From: Octopus vulgaris
Taxonomy: Eukaryota
NCBI GenBank assembly: GCA_951406725.2
Contig: OX597830.1
Location: 44,764,001 to 44,828,000 of the forward strand
Length of the DNA: 64,000 bases
Direction of reading: 5' to 3'
Part shown: piece after piece, positions 12,472-26,400 of the stretch
Layout of the letters: each line of letters starts with the position of its first letter
How positions within the stretch are numbered: the first letter of the stretch is position 1
Program-made: the position numbers and the translations under genes
The notes under the pieces: model-generated
What the model was told of the DNA's origin: nothing
What the model saw: only the letters and a program-made list of their open reading frames with translations
The model's database searches: none

Positions 12472-12918
12472 GTAAACAAATTTGAATCTTCTGGGTTTAT
12501 TTCATTCCTTGACTTGTATTCTATGTTTTAGTCCAAAGAGAGACAATACACAGAGAATATTCTCAATATATTTGATGATAAAAATAACACATGTCCGGTG
12601 TGTAATATTTGTGTGTAGATGACATCAGTTTGTGAGGGAGATGAAAAGACATCTTATAATAAAACAGGATATGATAAGAGTTTTTAAAATTACGCACAAT
12701 AATTACACAAGATGCTTAACTGAATGTGTCAAAACAGATTTTTTTAAAATATAAATCAAAGAAAATGGGAAAAAAAGTAGTGTAACTTATTCACAAATGA
12801 ATGAAAACCCTCAAACTGGATCAAATCAGAATTGCCCACAATCATGATTAACTCTCTCTCTCTCTCTCTATTTATCTCTCTCTTTATCTCTTTTTCTCTT
12901 TGTCTTACTCTGTGTCTT

Positions 12919-12952
<34 letters not shown>

Positions 12953-13054
12953 TCTCTTTCTTTCTCTTTCTCTCTCCCTCACTCATTCCCTCTCTCCCTC
13001 TCCCCCCTCTCTCCTTCACACTTCTCTTTCTTTTCTATATCTGTCATTCATGTC

Positions 13055-14110
13055 CAAAGTGTCCCAGAAAGATTTACCCATGTGTAAACCTCTTTCTAAA
13101 GAATATCGGTTCAGGTAGCATCTACATTTAACGTAAATATTTGCTTATGTCTTTTGTTCGTGTGTCTATTGTTTCGTTCGTCTAACACTAGTTTGCAAAC
13201 AAACATGGCGTCGAAAGCAAAAAATGACCAGATTGTCGCTTTGAGAGCAGCTAGAGTGAACAACGATAACATAACAAAACAGCTGAATGTGTGTTGTAAA
13301 ACAGTGTTCAATACCTGGAAACAATATATGGAGTCCGCTACAATCTCTAGCAAGCCAATTCCTAGTAGGAAGTGAACAATTGAAATATTGAAGCTGTGAA
13401 GAAACGAATGAACGGAAATCCACGCAGGATGCAAGAAAAGCTGCTAAAGCTCTTGGTATTTCGAAATCGTTAATGCACAGGATTTTTAAAGAGGATTTAA
13501 AACTTGCTGCATAAAAGAAACAATCCAAGCGGTCAATTTCAGCAACTTCGACAGGGGTAAAACTATGTTAGCTGAGGTGAAGCGTGCCACTAACAAAGTG
13601 TTGATATAGTCCGATGAGAAAATATTCACCGTGGAGGCAGTTTCCAATAGAATGAGAGACTTTATGCACATAATGCAGGGGACTTGCCCGACGGTAACAG
13701 GTTTCATATACGCCATCAGAAGCCAGCTTCTCTCATACTGTGAGTTACAGATGCATCAGAGGGGTCCAAGCCTCTATTGATCTTCATCTATTCTGGCCGT
13801 CAAGGTCAACTCTGAAGTTTATGTGGAAATGTTGTTTGAGATAGTGTTACCCTGGATCACAGAAACCTTTGGTGGCCGTTACACCTTCACTCTAGACGGG
13901 GCTCCGGCCCACACATCCAATTTGACACAGAGGTGATGTAAAGAGTATTTCAACGGTTTGGAGATAAGACAATATGGCATCTCTGAAGTCTAGACATCAA
14001 TTCCATGGACTTTGCAATCTGGGGCATCTGAAAGAGTAATGTTTCTGCATGTTCCTATTCAAATGTGTCAGAACTCAAGAGAGCCCTTCTATCTTTATGG
14101 GTCAATTTCT
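13055..14110 (+). mobile_element. Decayed Tc1/mariner-superfamily element (maT/DD37D-like)
   Basis: MASKAKNDQIVAL.. HTH-like region, SDEKIFTVE, FTLDGAPAHTS, SLDINSMDFAIWG; many stops and frameshifts; ends not clearly paired. Confidence 0.75.
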
Positions 14111-15043
14111 TAATTGTTTTTTTCATTTCTGTACATATCATTATGTCTTCTTGGGCTTCTATATTTCTTAACGTATCTTGGATTTCATGCAGCCACTCGC
14201 TTCATCATTGAACATTTACCTGATTATTCTGGCCTTGCCAAGGAGGTAAACCTTTTGTTACAGTTCTACTGAACCCTCTTTCCGATTTCCTTTATATTTC
14301 TCATGAAGCCTTCTGATGCTGTCCCCAGTACTAATTAGGAAATACCCACTTACCCATAGTTTATATTTATATACAGATAGAATAGTTAGTGGGTAGTTAT
14401 GTAGATGTATGTATGTGTGTGCATGTGTGTATATGTTTATACACATGCATGTAGGCAAATGGATATGAAAGTAAACAGATAGATATACAGACGGATAGGT
14501 TCATAGGTAATATGAACAGACAAGCACACACACACACATACGCGAATGAAGAATGAAACCCACGACCATATACACACACATTTCACTTCACACAAAGACA
14601 CATATGGATACACATGTTCACACATATGGAGAAACATCCATACATACAGGCACAGTACATACTCTCAAAAACCCATACACACACAGATATACTAGACAAG
14701 CACACACAAGGAGACAGAAGTACACACACAAAAACACACAATCACATGAATATGCAGAATACATACATACAAAATGTACACACATAGATACATATATACA
14801 AACGCACACACAGAGACATACATGCATACACACATATGCATGCATTGTTATTATTTTTGTTGTTGTTGTTGTTGTTGTTGTTATTATAATCATCATCTCT
14901 TTACACAATATCGATATCTATTAATTATTTCTCATTAATCTAAAATAGAAAAACTATTCACTGTAAAATAGTACCCACCACCACTACCACCATCACGGAC
15001 AACTACAAAAAACAACATTGATTTATCTATTTTCTTTTTACAG

Positions 15044-15274
15044 GCAGATGTCCTTTAGAGTTTATTTACAATGCAGCTCTATTTCTTAACAATGATTTGG
15101 GTAACTATTTTGTTTCTAATTACACACAATGTCTGTTTGATTGCGAAGTAAATTCAAACTGTAAAACGGCTGAGTATAATTTTCGCGAGAGAAGATGCGT
15201 CTTGTCAAGTAAAGATCATACAACTGTTAAATTGTATTTTTCCAAGGATTACAGTTACACCAACATAAATAGAG
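15044..15274 (+). CDS. Gene copy A exon 4: PAN/apple-like domain 2
   Basis: Acceptor tttctttttacag and donor gtaagg; 231 nt, phase 1-1; GRCPLEF..NNDLG..NYTQCLFDCEVNSNCKTAEYNFRERRC. Same length as paralog 41844-42074. Confidence 0.88.
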
Positions 15275-15699
15275 GTAAGGGCGCCATTTTCTTGTTCTTT
15301 TATTTATTTTTTTTTTTGGAATTATACGCTCTCATTTGGACAAGACTTAGGCACCACCTTCAAAAATGTGTTAGTCTGTTAAACTGAGCCCAGAACTTTG
15401 ATTTATTTGGCTCTATCGATTGGTTAAGTCCAACGTCATATGAAGGCACGGACTCAATACCTAATTAGATAGATAATACATACATGCATGCATACAAGAA
15501 TATATACATACATATATGCACGCACACATGCATGCATACATGCATACATACATGCATGTATCATGTATGCATACATACATGGATGCACGCTTGCATACAT
15601 ACATGCATGCATCCATGTATGAATGCATACACACGTACATGCATGCATACACGCATCCATATATAGATGCATACATGTATACACACACACGCACAAGCT

Positions 15700-16400
15700 C
15701 ACACGTACAAATAACTACTAAATACCTGATGATCAAGACAGAGGTGTGGGACAAAGATACCACTAAACCTCCATGCCGTGATGGAAAATGTCGGCTCTGC
15801 TATACCAGTGTGGAAGATATCACCCACATCATCAGTAGTTGCGACAAAATGCCTACGAGATTCTACCTGACCCTGAGGCATGATATAATTGCAAAGACTA
15901 TTTACAATGCAATGCTACCCATAGGAAGGACTGCTCAGACGTATACATCAAAGCCATCTTAGAACCAGCAAGTAATCAGACCTTTTGAAAGCAAGGAATA
16001 CCTGGTGGAACTCCCCCCAAAAACAAACGTCAATTCGGTGCAAATATAGCAGACCTGATATTGTTCTGTGGTACAGGGGAAAAAGTCATGCACTATTGCA
16101 GGGGTCAGCTGACTAGCGGATGTGTATGTACAATCAAAAGTCTTAGGAAGATAGAACATTTAAGGCAAACTTACAGCTCTTGTACCCTGACCATAAAGTC
16201 TCATTTGCACCTATCATCATAAGTGCATCAGATTATGCACCAACAAATTTGCACATTTGCAGAAAAACCTATAAATACTCGGTTTCACAGAGAAAGAGCA
16301 AAAGAAAAACTGATGCAGATTGTCCAAATCCAATCTTTTAGTGGCACAGTGAAGATTTGTAAAACATTCTCAAACTACTCCATCTGTGATTCTTATGTGA
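15700..16400 (+). mobile_element. 3' fragment of an RLE-type (R4-like) non-LTR retrotransposon
   Basis: CCHC knuckle CRLCYTSVEDITHIISSC, then RHDIIAK and RPDIVLW (restriction-like endonuclease motifs). Confidence 0.8.
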
Positions 16401-17421
16401 ATAGATGCACACGATTGAGTGTATGCATCGACAGTGCCACCAACACACCAACGCAACCACATATTTGCAATCAGCGGGAACTCTTAACTCAAAAAATCTT
16501 GTCGCTTTCTTACCTACTGTATGATTATTGCATTCAGATGGCGGGAAGTTTCTCCAAATGGCTTCTTGCATTGAAATACAATTTGAAACAGCGAAGTGTG
16601 TACAGACACAAAAGTATGCTTCAAACTGCTGACATACCAATTCTTTCAATAGAACCTGTCTTGAAGTTCAAGAACCAAGTCAGATGTTGTGCCTGGGGAG
16701 ACGCTATTACCTTTACAACCCTGTCTCTTTGAATTATCATCAAAACCCAGCAGCAACCGGGTTCTTTATTGGAAAGTGGTGGAGTGAAGCGATCTTGTGC
16801 CAAACTTTCCTAAAGAAAGGGACTTCATCATCTTTAAAGCACTGCATTAATCCCCCAACAATGATGATGCTGGCTGCTAAAGGAAAATCAATGTTACATT
16901 TACTGATGTTCTGCAAGACAATACATGGATTCCTCGGTAATGATAAGAAGCCGTTTTAGGGACTCTGATGGATCGGCAAGAACGGGGGTGGGGATTAACT
17001 TTTCTATTGGAACCGAAAATTGTAAATGTCTTGCTTCTATTTATTCCACTTGACACAAATTTTGGACATAGTGCCAATTGAAAATATTTTTTTCAGAAAC
17101 ATAGACATATCCAATATCATAGTTAAAGACAGCTCTTTTCCACAGCTCATACGTATATGGTGGAGATCTATCCTCTGTTTGTCTTTCTCTTTGTTCATTT
17201 GATAACAGTCGCTTTCTTCTTTGTTGTTTTTTTTTAATTTCTGGAGGAGTAACTTCAATCCTATAAATATCACCAAAATGAAGTAGATTGACAATTTATT
17301 GTTGAACCTGTGGAAGACACACGAGATATCTAAATATTATTCATTTGATAACAATCGCAATCTTCTTTGTTGTTTCTATCATTATTATTATCATCATCAT
17401 CATCATCATCATCATCATTGC

Positions 17422-17496
<75 letters not shown>

Positions 17497-17685
17497 CATC
17501 ATCATCATCATTCTATGTTTGACTTTTGCTTTACATTTGTACAGGTTGGCTCCAAGTCTCACCCAGAGACCTCAAGAGACAACAAGTTGGAAGTTCATGT
17601 TGGTGTTATGCCTAGGGTGCCATATATTTGGTTTTGTACTTAGTCTTGTACTAATGAATGTATAAAAAACCATACGAAAATGATG

Positions 17686-17689
<4 letters not shown>

Positions 17690-17747
<58 letters not shown>

Positions 17748-17877
17748 TATTATTTTTTATTATTGTCATTATTAATATTGTTGTTGTTGTTGTTTCCTTT
17801 TTCATTATCTCGTTTGAACAAATATTAAAAGGGGAAACGAATTCCCCTGGAAAATTCCTCTTTTGATATTAACTTTC

Positions 17878-17961
<84 letters not shown>

Positions 17962-18091
17962 CATTATTATTTTTTATTATTGTCATTATTAATATTGTTG
18001 TTGTTGTTTCCTTTTTCATTATCTCGTTTGAACAAATATTAAAAGGGGAAACGAATTCCCCTGGAAAATTCCTCTTTTGATATTAACTTTC

Positions 18092-18167
<76 letters not shown>

Positions 18168-18170
18168 TAC
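17690..18170. repeat. Local tandem duplication of a ~130-bp unit embedded in (ATT)n
   Basis: ttttcattatctcgtttgaacaaatattaaaaggggaaacgaattcccctgg... occurs twice, essentially identical. Confidence 0.9.
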
Positions 18171-18179
18171 TTTTAATCT

Positions 18180-18450
18180 GTATGTTTGTTACAATCACTT
18201 GCCGAGACGCACCCAGAATCATAGGGTGAGTGAAGGATAAAAGATGTTACAGTATGACTGAAAGCTTGGGGAGGGGAAGTGGCAGGGACAGTAGCGAAAT
18301 ATCTTCATGTAATACAACACAGACATCTAAATGGACAGGGTTCTTCTAAGGATGTGGGCACTATTTGTCAGTGCACTATTTTGGGTTTCTCTGAGACATG
18401 GTTCTCCTGGGATGTTATCTAGATGTTCCTACATCCCTTTCTTATCATAC
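18180..18450 (-). mobile_element. 3' tip of an RLE-type LINE
   Basis: Minus-strand peptide ..NIPGEPCLRETQNSALTNSAHILRRTL resembles R4-like C-termini; abuts an (AAT)n tail. Confidence 0.6.
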
Positions 18451-18914
18451 TGTAATAAGAGGAACAGTTCTCGTTTTAACACGCCACATCTTTAATATTT
18501 TAATTTGCTGTAATTTAGCCCCAGGTGACATAGTCTCCAGGTAGCTATACGACACGATCTGTGTCCTTATATTTTCGAACAAGGGAGACTAGCATCCCCA
18601 TTCAGCTCAAAACAATATCTGTGTATCGCGATTTCCGGGTTATTTAGCTTCATCGGCACAGAATAATGGGGCTAAATCACAGCAACATTCGTTCCAAACC
18701 GGGACTGCCATGTTATGTTGCCAAATAATCTTTACTTGATATTTTATTGGTTGAACGATATTTCGATAGCAAGCCTGTCTTTGTCGACTTCAGAATGAAA
18801 AGTGATAAAAATTCAAAATTATTGAAAATCAAATCCCAAATCCTTTGACTCAGGAGTGGACTCAACACTGGGGTCTAGGGAAGGTAACAGAGTTCCTAAG
18901 CCACCTGTAAGAAT

Positions 18915-19090
18915 GAGTGAGAGAGCAGTGCATGCCATCAAAGTGACACTGGGATAAAATATATGAAACCCAGTATACTCATCATGAATACCCGACTGAT
19001 AAGGGTACACGGGGCACATGCATCACAACCATATGTGCGCTACATGGTGATCTCATATCAAGATAAAAAGAGCATGACCTTGAGGTGCAG
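18915..19090. repeat. Interspersed repeat also present at 39915-40075
   Basis: gcatgccatcaaa..actgggataaaatata.gaa.cccagtata..acaac.atatgtgcgc.acatggt is shared between both sites. Confidence 0.8.
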
Positions 19091-19559
19091 ACTCCATACT
19101 GACGCTCTTGAGTATTTATAATGCAATCTATCTGTGTGTGTGAGTATGTGTGTGCGTGCGTGCGTGTGTGTTTTCAGTGTTTGTTGCTTTTCATGTTCAT
19201 GTTCGTGTTATAAGGCTTAATTGAGCAGACCTATGATGAAATGATGAAAAGGCTAAATAGCCACGGTATATTCAGGTCGTGACCATCCAGTCATTTTCCT
19301 CTTTGTACAAGGATTCCAGGAGCACATTATCCAACGTGAACACTTTGAGTTCTATAAAGTTGTGGATTTGAGGGTGATTTGGTTGCTATTTCTAGGATAA
19401 TAGAGATCTCTTGAATTAACTTATTCTAGAAGAATAAATTGATACGCTGCTTCTTACTGCAAATTCCCTTCCAAAATTTCGTTGTTTTTTAGGTGATGCC
19501 AACAGAAGGGATTCACCATCGAAGACTTAATCCACACACACAGCATACACACACACATA

Positions 19560-19624
<65 letters not shown>

Positions 19625-19896
19625 CCGCACACACATATAACTCTCACATATACACATATGTAGTTTGCGACTGATGTACCAGCAAGCACAAGGACTCGAG
19701 AAGTCTGCTGAAGCCACAACTTCCAGCAGGAAGTTAGGAGAGAGAAATCGTGCTTAACTGTAACTGGTGTTACTATTAACAGTGTTAATATTGGTGTTAT
19801 TTTGTTAAGGTTCTTTCTACAGAAATTATAGCCAGAACGGAGTTTTTAATACAACCTTTCGTATCGAAACATCAGATGTAAACAATGAGATCGGAG

Positions 19897-20216
19897 AAAA
19901 ATATGGGTAGAACGTGATTCTGATTTATAAAAATATGGGTAGAAGGTGATGCTGACTCATAAGAATATGGGTAGAACGTGAGACTGACTCGTAGAAATCT
20001 GGGTAGAACGTGAGACTGACTCATAAAAATATGGGTAGAAGGTGATGCTGACTCATAAGAATATGGGTAGAATGTGATGCTGACTCGTAGAAATATGGGT
20101 AGAACGTGATGCTGACTCATAAAAATATGGGTAGAACGTGATACTGACTCATAAGAATATGGGTAAAATGTGATGCTGGTATCATAAAAATATGGGTAGA
20201 ACGTGATGCTAACTCA
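19897..20216. repeat. 32-bp minisatellite, 10 copies
   Basis: Unit aaaaatatgggtagaacgtgatgctgactcat; gggta recurs every 32 bp from 19905 to 20193. Confidence 0.95.
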
Positions 20217-20514
20217 CACAAACGTTTAATGTATTTTGTAATATGTTATGGTTTCATGACTAAATACGACGTGCCTACAAATCATTAATGGTAACCAGTG
20301 TGACATATTTTCTTCCTCTTATCAAAAGTCCTGTGATCTTTCATGATTATTAATCCTTCGCATTTGATAAAGTTTTAAAAAAGAAATTAACATAAACATA
20401 ACTAATAACACAATCTACACTCTCTCTCTCCCCCTCCCCACCCTCTTTTAATAAAAATCATAAAAATGAATCCTCTGGGAGTTTTTTCTATGATATACAT
20501 TACATGCAATGCAT

Positions 20515-20727
20515 TGGTTTCAAACTTTGGCACAAGGCCAGCAATTTCAGGGGTGGGGTTAACAGATTACATCGGTCTCAGTATCCAATTGCTACCTGGT
20601 TTATCGGCCCCGAAAGGATGAAAGACAAAGTCGACCTCGACGGAATTTGAACTCGGAATGTAAATACAGACGAAATGCTGCTAAGCATTTTGTCCGACGT
20701 GCTAACGATTCGGCCACTTCGCCGCTT
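20515..20727 (-). mobile_element. tRNA-derived SINE
   Basis: Minus strand: A-box-like tggccgaatcg, B box gagttcaaattcc, then central gactttgtctttcatcctttcggggccgataaa. A plus-strand relative lies at 41520-41740. Confidence 0.8.
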
Positions 20728-22418
20728 TAACATTACAGACAACATATTAAAATTAATTCCGATCTATTCTACACGCTTCTCCGAGCTATTCCTGAAGAAA
20801 AATCATTTTTCCTACTCCAATGCTGACTAATTATATTTGTAAGACATATTCATCAGACCCCTTACCAAGAATCGAAACCTCGGTCTTCCCGCTTGTTTAT
20901 ATTGTTCTCGCCATTTGTGTTTAGAATTCATTCGTTTTACCTATTTAATTCGCCACCATTTTAGATGAGACAGAGTTTAATCTTGTTGACCCATTCCGAT
21001 CTATTGTCAATGGTCTGACTTGACTTTAGCACTGCAATAAATTCGAGATACCAAGAGAAAAATGTTCTCTTTCCTCTGCAACTTCCAAACAGTTAACTAT
21101 GGCACCTTATCGCGAGCTTTGCCCCATTTATCCCCCTCAAGTTAGGGTTCACTATTAACAACTACCATGGTAATAGATTATCCTATCAAAACTAACTAAA
21201 TTTTGTGTTTACTTCTAACTCGTTGCGGTTCCATAACCGCGTTAGTAAAATCTACAGTAAGTGTGAAATACCTTTCAGCAGTTCTTTGCAGTGCTTCCAG
21301 AAACATTATCTAAGCAATGCACAGTCTGTCGCCAACTTGTCACATCTCTACGTGACAAACAGCTTGCTACATCGTGTCTGTTACGCCTTTCCCGTTACAA
21401 TTATCCCGTTATACATATAAAGACATGTTTGAAGTACATTTCGAAAGTAGCTAGAATCTTTATAAACGTGTGTCCATTTATATCTGAGGCCTTGTGCTAT
21501 TACTAGAAATAAATGATAGCAAATAAAACTCAACATATATTAAAGAAGTAATGATTTCTTATATAAAATCGTCTTATATATAAATAGGTAAGTAGATTGT
21601 ATTAAAGAGATTAGTATTTCTTGATTGATATTAAAGAAATCACGGAAGATATTAAGCCCATCAGAAGAATAAGAAACCATTTTTATTCCATTTCAGAACT
21701 TTGGAACGATTTCAAACAGTCAAATACACTGGAGAAGATTAACTCCGTTGGATGTGGTATAAGAGTTTACGACTCTTATAATTTCGTTAACAGTAAGACC
21801 CTCTTTTTGTTTATTTTTTGTGTTCTTTTTTCTTGTTCTTTTTTCTCATCTTTAATTCATTGATCTCTAGTTCTGGCCGCAAAAAAACTAAGAAATTTGT
21901 AAATATATCTTTCTTCCACATCATATGCGTATTTCTACTTAGAGACTTAATTCTTAATGAAATATATTAGCAGTAAATTAATAGTCTTGCAAAAGGATGT
22001 CGTAAAACTGATCCACAAATACATTTAAAATCTGGCAGATGAAATAATATTAATTCCTGTTGTCATTAAAAATCTCAGCGTGCTTCATTACAAACTGGTA
22101 AGGAAATACAACAATACGTCTCGATGGTAATACGAGAACCTATCTACCTCCGAGATAACCAGCTACGTACCCCTTCTCCTTCTATTTCACCAGCCAGATC
22201 CCACATCAGTTATTATTTCCAATCTTTCATTTCTAGATTAGGCAACTCACTGCCCACTCACACTAACTTAAAGATGTCCAAATGGAACATGAATAAAATC
22301 GATCTATCGAATCAATAGACCATATCTATTCGTTTCCCTTGTACCTTGTCAATGAAGAGCAATAGTTTGATATATGTTCTTATATTTCTTATTTTTTATT
22401 TCCTTTTTTCTTTTGCAG

Positions 22419-22615
22419 AAAAAGAAATCAGTGATTCGATAGCTTATTCAACTTTTTCCTTCAAACAAAATCCATATCACAACCTGATAACCGAGGCTCA
22501 AATGAATGCTCACTCGGTTCTGGATTGTTCACGTTTATGTATGATATCTTCTACATGTACCGCCTTTTCATATACTAACACTAAGTGCGTACTAAAGAAA
22601 CTTGATGACATTTAA
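22419..22615 (+). CDS. Gene copy A terminal coding exon: PAN/apple-like domain 3
   Basis: Long polypyrimidine tract and ttttgcag acceptor, phase 1; SVLDCSRLCMISSTCTAFSYTNTKCVL; stop TAA at 22613-22615. Confidence 0.9.
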
Positions 22616-23464
22616 AGGAATTCACCCCAAAATTATTTACTTCTCAATGAAATGTGAACAAGACTTCAGCGGATCACGTTTGCTAATAATAATTATCTAT
22701 ATCTATAAATATAAGATAGAATGTGTGTTTCTTTATCAACAAAACCAATTTAATTCAGATAATTCTTTTGTTTATTTTTATTGCTAACTTTTTTTCGTTC
22801 TAAATTAGTCTTCTCTTATAAATCCATTCATACATTGGAAGTTTTATAAGATTATTAAATTTACCTGAATACCAATGAAGCAATTGGGTATTATTTTATC
22901 GACATTCAAAGAATTAAACACTAAGTTAACCTGGACAGCATTTGATCTCAAAGCGTAACCTGTCTAAACTAAATACTACATGCAGTTAAACCGAATCTTT
23001 AACACATTTTATCCATCATCTAAATAATATATCAAATAAAACATTTGCGTGTGGTTGATTTCTTTTGAGAAATGAAAGAAATTGTAATTCAAACTAAGAA
23101 GAAATGATGAAAGTACCATCGAAAAGTTTTCTGAAGAATATGGTAAACAGTTTACAAGACCCATTGTACGTCCATTCCAACGTAAGAAAGCAGCGAAAAT
23201 TTTAGGTTAATTTTTGAGTTTCAGCTCAGGTGTTTCTAAAGTTATTTAAGCAGGTAATTCTAAACTAATTTTATCGAAATTTACAAAGCCAAATTAAAAT
23301 AAAAATCTTTCTTTTTTATCTTTGGACGAAATTTTGCATTTCAACAACATTTTTGCATATAACATCGGTAAAGGTAAAACGAAATTCAATAGAAATTCGT
23401 TCATCAATACAGCAGCTCCATAAGTTCTGATTTTTGGAGGGTTATACATAGCAATTTAACTCTT

Positions 23465-26400
23465 TAATTCGTTTCAGCTTTAAAGTTGCCTCCATGCTGA
23501 GGCACCACCGTTGGCTCTACTACGCCATCATTATTTGAAACCTGTCTGATTCGTGGCATTTGGTGAATGAGGGAGTTTGATGCTGCTGTCCTCATCTGTG
23601 TTTCCTGTCGTGAGGTAGGCATATCTGGAACCCTTGACAGGAGGAGATCCAGTTTCATCTTGAAGACACCTATATCCATACCATGCCGGTCTCTCGGACA
23701 TTTTGGAAGGATATTGAAGAGCCGCGAGTCATTGAAACCCAAGCTGTTGCTATATCTGATCCCTATTTTGATGGTAATGATGGGATCTTTGGCATTCTGC
23801 AGTGGTGCCCCGTTCTGCTATTTGTGTAACTTTCAATGCCATAGTACAAGGCCTTCCAGAATTTTCCAGATATATATCCCAGTATATCTTTCCCGCCTTC
23901 GTTGAAAGTGAAGCAGTCTTAACTCTTTTAGAGTTTCCCCAGTAGTTGATACGTTTGTATTGAGACGATTTTGTTAGTGTAGATTCGTTGGATTGCTTCG
24001 AGTTCCGCTGTTAATTTTATACTGTGTAGTGGCCATATTTTGGAGCAATAGTCCAAGAAGCTGAGGACATATGTCTTCCAAAAGACCATCATAGTTTCCT
24101 TTTCTCTCGTTCTGAAAGTTCGGAGGATCCATCCACCTACCCGTTTGAATTTTCTTAACAAATTAGTAAAAAGCACCTGGAAAGATACATCATTACTCAT
24201 GCCAATGCTCGGGTCACTATTGATTTTAATTCAGGGACTGCGATTCCTCCAGGGCCAGAGTATTCTGTTTGCATGTCTCTCAACTTTGTATGCTGGTAGC
24301 TCAGAGCCTGGAATTTTCAATCATTAAACTGGATGTTGTTGTTCTCAGTCTACCTGTATATTGCGTCCAGTTCTCGTTGCAAATGCGCACTATTTCCAGG
24401 GTTCTGAATCGTCTGAGAGGCTTGTCATCTGCATAGCTAGAGAGATTGGCTTATTTGAGCAGTTGAGGGCGTCTGAGAGGACCACTCTAAATAGCAGTGG
24501 TCCTAAGACAGTATCCTGTGTAACACCACTTAAAATTTACGTTTCTTTTGAGGTGGCTCCATTGGCCACCACTGCTTGACATCTATCTTTTATAAAGTCA
24601 TCCAGCCACTCTCCAGCTTTCCGACGATGCTGAGATCATGCAGTTTGCAATGTATCATACTACAGTGAACTTTATCAAGGGCTTTTGCAAAGTCGAGATA
24701 TATCACAGCTACACTTGAGTCGTTGAGCTGTTGCTTTAACACTCAGCCGTAATGTTGTTAGATCTGTATCAGGCAGCTTCTCCCTTGTTGAAATCCATAC
24801 TGGGTGTCAGTCAGCATATCATTCTCTTCAATGAACGCAATTAGTTTCTTGCTGACTATTCGTTCTATGACTTTGCTAATGTGTGAGGTCAAACAGATAG
24901 GCTTATAATTTTTATCATCTGCTCTGCTTCCTCTTTTGTGGATGGAGCATATTATCCCTTCCCTCAGTTTGTTTGGGAGCTTACCACTTGCAAGAGAACT
25001 CTGAATAAGAATCTGCAGTGGTTTTGCAAGGACTCGTTTGCATGATTTGAGAAGGATTGCTGGGAATCCACCAGAGCCAGCACCTGAGTTTTGTTTACGT
25101 CATATATGGCCAGTGTTACATCTTTAATGCCGATGTAACTAATATTCTCCTCTTTCGTTACAGGTAAAGTGGCAAAGAAATTTGGTGATTCGTTCATTTG
25201 CCTGTATCCTAGAGGGGGCGTAAACACACTTTGAAACTGTTCGTTCAGTATTTCACTTATCCTCCTTGGGTTTCCTAAGAACGAGCCATCTTTTTGGAAA
25301 AGAGGGCCCTATCTTGTAACGTACTGGGGCTATTTCTTTGGCAAAGTTAAAGAAAGCTTTGGTGTTCGATTTAACATTTTCTATAAATCCCTATCTTCTC
25401 TCTCTTTTTCATAACACTTATGCAGACTTTTGTCAATCGACAATAGCGCGCTCTTCTGGCAGGACTTTTCACTAATTTTGGGGTGTTTGTTCAGGATATT
25501 TCGCAATCTTTGTCCGTCGTCTCAAATATTTTCCTTTCCCTAAGTATTTTGTTTTTGTGTATGTTGGCCTTGTGCTTTCGGACAGATTTGTTACATATGG
25601 CTTGTCTTATGGACATGAAATGCTTGTGTTTCATATCAATGTCTCGTGTGGGGAGATATATAGACCAATCCTTTTGGCTACTGTCTTTTTCAATCAACTT
25701 CCACGTAGCTTTATGACTCTTCAGACTGGAGAGATTTCGAGTGCCTCGTATAGGCTGTATGCCTGTAGGGAATTTTGGTCCATACATAGACAGCTCTATT
25801 ATGTTGTGATCCATGACTAGTGTCGGTGTCACTTTCACATTATGGACCAATGTCCATACTGTTTGTGAAGCAGGGATCCATTATATTATTTGCTGTGGTT
25901 GGTTGCAAAACAATTTGCTCCATGAGTGAAGCTTTGATAAAGTGGAGCAGGGACTCTATCTGTGCTTTTTGGTGGTGTGTCATTCCTGAAAGCATCTGAC
26001 CCTCGGGAAGTTAAAGTCACCCAAAAGGAATACACTGACGTGTTGCTCCAGTTTCATGAGAACTTCTACCTTTGCGAGGCAGTCTTCAAACTTACCCGTA
26101 TGATATGGAACATCCGGTGGCCGATATGTTGTACATATAGCAAAATTAAGTTGTCTCATGTGTACAATTTGAGTGCCACACACTGAATTTGAATATGACA
26201 GCAGGACCCGGGTATGATTTTCTCTCGGATGTACACAGCAAATCAACCATGGATCCTTTCTTTTCTGTCTGAGCGTATTACAACATATTTTGATATATGT
26301 AGTTCTGCACCCCCTATATCGAGTCTAAGATGCGTTTTCACAAGTGCTATGCATGGGACTTGGTTGCATGCAGCACGGTCTCTCAGGAAAGAGATATTTG

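Noticed and set aside
19897-20216. CRISPR-like periodicity
   Set aside because: Contiguous tandem units without unique spacers, in a eukaryotic context.
22346-22418. Apparent hydrophobic signal peptide in ORFs 22346 and 51621
   Set aside because: Both start at TTG and translate the polypyrimidine tract, which differs in length between copies; the real exons begin at the AG acceptors (22419, 51703).
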